Of a stretch of DNA of 6,869 nt, positions 5,403-6,869 are shown piece after piece. The notes beneath the pieces were generated by a model, which saw only the letters and a list, made by a program, of their open reading frames with translations, made no database searches and was not told the origin of the DNA. The DNA is from Candidatus Odinarchaeota archaeon. GTDB lineage: Archaea; Asgardarchaeota; Odinarchaeia; Odinarchaeales; Odinarchaeaceae. Position numbers and translations under genes: made by a program. Where the stretch lies: the NCBI GenBank assembly GCA_038826135.1, contig JAWBON010000062.1, forward strand, positions 1 to 6,869. Reading direction: 5' to 3'. Each line of letters opens with the position of its first letter. The stretch's first letter is position 1.

Positions 5403-6869
5403 TTGTCTAAAAGAGTGGCTGATATAATAGCCAGTCAACTTGAAGAAATAGGTGTTAAATATATTTTCGGAATACCAGGTCACACGAATCTGGATATTAT
5501 TGACTCTATCCGTGTTAACGGGAATCTGAAGTTTATTCTCTTCCGACACGAGGAGACGGCTGCTTTAGCAGCCTCCGCGTACGCTAAACTAACCGGTCTG
5601 CTAGGAGTATGCACGTCCATCGCCGGGCCGGGTGCTACTAATCTGTTAACAGGATTATATGATGCTAAAATGGATAGAGCCCCCGTGTTAGCATTAACAG
5701 GTCAGGTTGAACCTCAATTTCTAGGCACGCATACTCTTCAAGAGATTGATTTGAAAGCCTTGTTTGAATCCGTCTCGTATTTTAATAAGACTATTACAAC
5801 CCCCCAGGAAGCCGCGGAAATGGTTGTTTTAGCCGCTAAACATGCTATACTGGGCAGAGGGGTTTCAACTTTGAGCATACCCACTAATATTCAAAGAAGC
5901 CCGTCAACGAGTAAGATAATTCCGTTCTCTAAACGTATAGCAGATTATAAGATAAAACCCCCCGACTATTTGATAGATGAAGCTGTTAAAATTATTAATA
6001 AAGCGGTTAAACCCGTAATAATAGCGGGTTGGGGTGCTAGAAACGCTACCGGTCTTATACTAAGTTTAGCGGAGAAAATAGGCGCTCCAATAGCCACTAC
6101 TTTTAGAGCTAAAGGCATTATTTCAGAGTATCATCCATTATCTTTAGGAGTGTTAGGGAGTGTTGGTACCAGGCTTGCAAGAGAGGTTGTTCAAAACTCG
6201 GATTTATTAATTGTACTCGGCTCCTCATACTCAAAGCAAACTGGGATACCCATGAATATTAGAACAATCCAAATAGACTTCGACCCGATAAACATAGGTA
6301 AACGTTTCCCGGTTGAACTTGGAGTTTACGGGAGCGTTGAAGAAACATTACCTGGTATACTTGAAAAAGTTCAGTCTAAAACAATAGGTGAAGTTGAAAA
6401 TATAATACGTAGTATGAAAGCGGATTGGGATAATATTTTAAAAAACGATTTTAAAACCGCTAATAAACCTATCCATCCTGCTAAAATTCTTTCAACACTT
6501 CAATTATTAGCGGATAAAAACGCCATTATATCAATAGATGTTGGAGATAACTCTTGGTGGTTCGGTAGACATTTTAAAATGGTTGACACTCAGCGGTTAC
6601 TAATATCCGGGTACCTTGGAGCTATGGGCTTCGGCTTAGCTGCGGGAATAGCATCTCAGATAGCATATCCTGATAGGCAGTGCATAGTTATTACAGGGGA
6701 TGGGGCTTTCTCCATGGTGATGGCTGATTTCACAACAGCAGTTAAATACGATCTTCCTATTAAAGTCATAGTATTCAATAATAAAGAGCTTTCAATGATA
6801 AGACACGAGCAAGCTGAAGCTAGTCTCCCAAAATTCGGTGTAGAGCTTTTAAACCCGGACTTCGGATCC
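5403..6869 (+). CDS. Thiamine-diphosphate-dependent enzyme, pyruvate oxidase/acetolactate synthase-like family, 3'-truncated (489 codons in the window; absent from the ORF track)
   Basis: Manual translation shows no stops: MSKRVADIIASQLEEIGVKYIFGIPG..., RHEETAA (catalytic Glu), AGPGATNLLTGLYDAKMDRAPVLALTGQV, FAD-domain IAGWGA / TTFRAKG / IQIDFDP, DVGDNSWWFGRHF, SGYLGAMGFG, and the ThDP motif GDGAFSM...FNN (6696-6782). The upstream in-frame stop is at 5385-5387; TTG 5403 follows GAGTGTGA (GTG 5394 and GTG 5415 are alternatives). Confidence 0.9.
   Translation, partial: MSKRVADIIASQLEEIGVKYIFGIPGHTNLDIIDSIRVNGNLKFILFRHEETAALAASAYAKLTGLLGVCTSIAGPGATNLLTGLYDAKMDRAPVLALTGQVEPQFLGTHTLQEIDLKALFESVSYFNKTITTPQEAAEMVVLAAKHAILGRGVSTLSIPTNIQRSPSTSKIIPFSKRIADYKIKPPDYLIDEAVKIINKAVKPVIIAGWGARNATGLILSLAEKIGAPIATTFRAKGIISEYHPLSLGVLGSVGTRLAREVVQNSDLLIVLGSSYSKQTGIPMNIRTIQIDFDPINIGKRFPVELGVYGSVEETLPGILEKVQSKTIGEVENIIRSMKADWDNILKNDFKTANKPIHPAKILSTLQLLADKNAIISIDVGDNSWWFGRHFKMVDTQRLLISGYLGAMGFGLAAGIASQIAYPDRQCIVITGDGAFSMVMADFTTAVKYDLPIKVIVFNNKELSMIRHEQAEASLPKFGVELLNPDFGS

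Noticed and set aside
6864-6869. The window ends exactly in GGATCC (BamHI site)
   Set aside because: It is in-frame coding sequence (Gly-Ser). It may be coincidence or a clone/contig end and carries no biological inference.
1-6869. CRISPR arrays, rRNA/tRNA genes, IS elements, integrases, defence systems
   Set aside because: Almost all of the window is occupied by recognisable housekeeping ORFs. The two larger intergenic gaps (104 and 151 nt) show no spaced repeats, cloverleaf folds or terminal inverted repeats with target duplications.

Overview
AT-rich archaeal housekeeping/metabolic region. Evidence for archaea: GGTG/AGGAGG-type ribosome-binding sites (RBS), BRE/TATA-like promoters, a GfcR-type regulator and an archaeal NSUN6-type enzyme; the lineage cannot be fixed from the sequence. 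The + strand carries a likely operon of a 5'-truncated MtaD/DadD-family nucleoside deaminase, S-adenosylhomocysteine hydrolase (ahcY), and a PUA-domain RsmB/NSUN6-like RNA m5C methyltransferase split by a single +1 frameshift at AAA-TTT-CGC-CGC-TGA (2934-2948). Converging on it from the - strand are protein-L-isoaspartate O-methyltransferase (pcm) and an HTH-phosphoribosyltransferase regulator (GfcR/PRK02277 type). Divergent from pcm is a 3'-truncated pyruvate oxidase/acetolactate synthase-like ThDP enzyme (5403 to window end), which is missing from the ORF track. The main leads are: (1) the frameshift matches a UUU_CGN +1 recoding motif, although a one-base sequencing error or recent mutation explains it equally well; (2) the deaminase sits next to an SAH hydrolase with the HxTxE signature rather than the HxExK signature of known deaminase-coupled (S-inosylhomocysteine) pathways; (3) there are palindromic candidate operators at the gfcR and pcm promoters. 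No rRNA, tRNA, CRISPR array or mobile element was seen.
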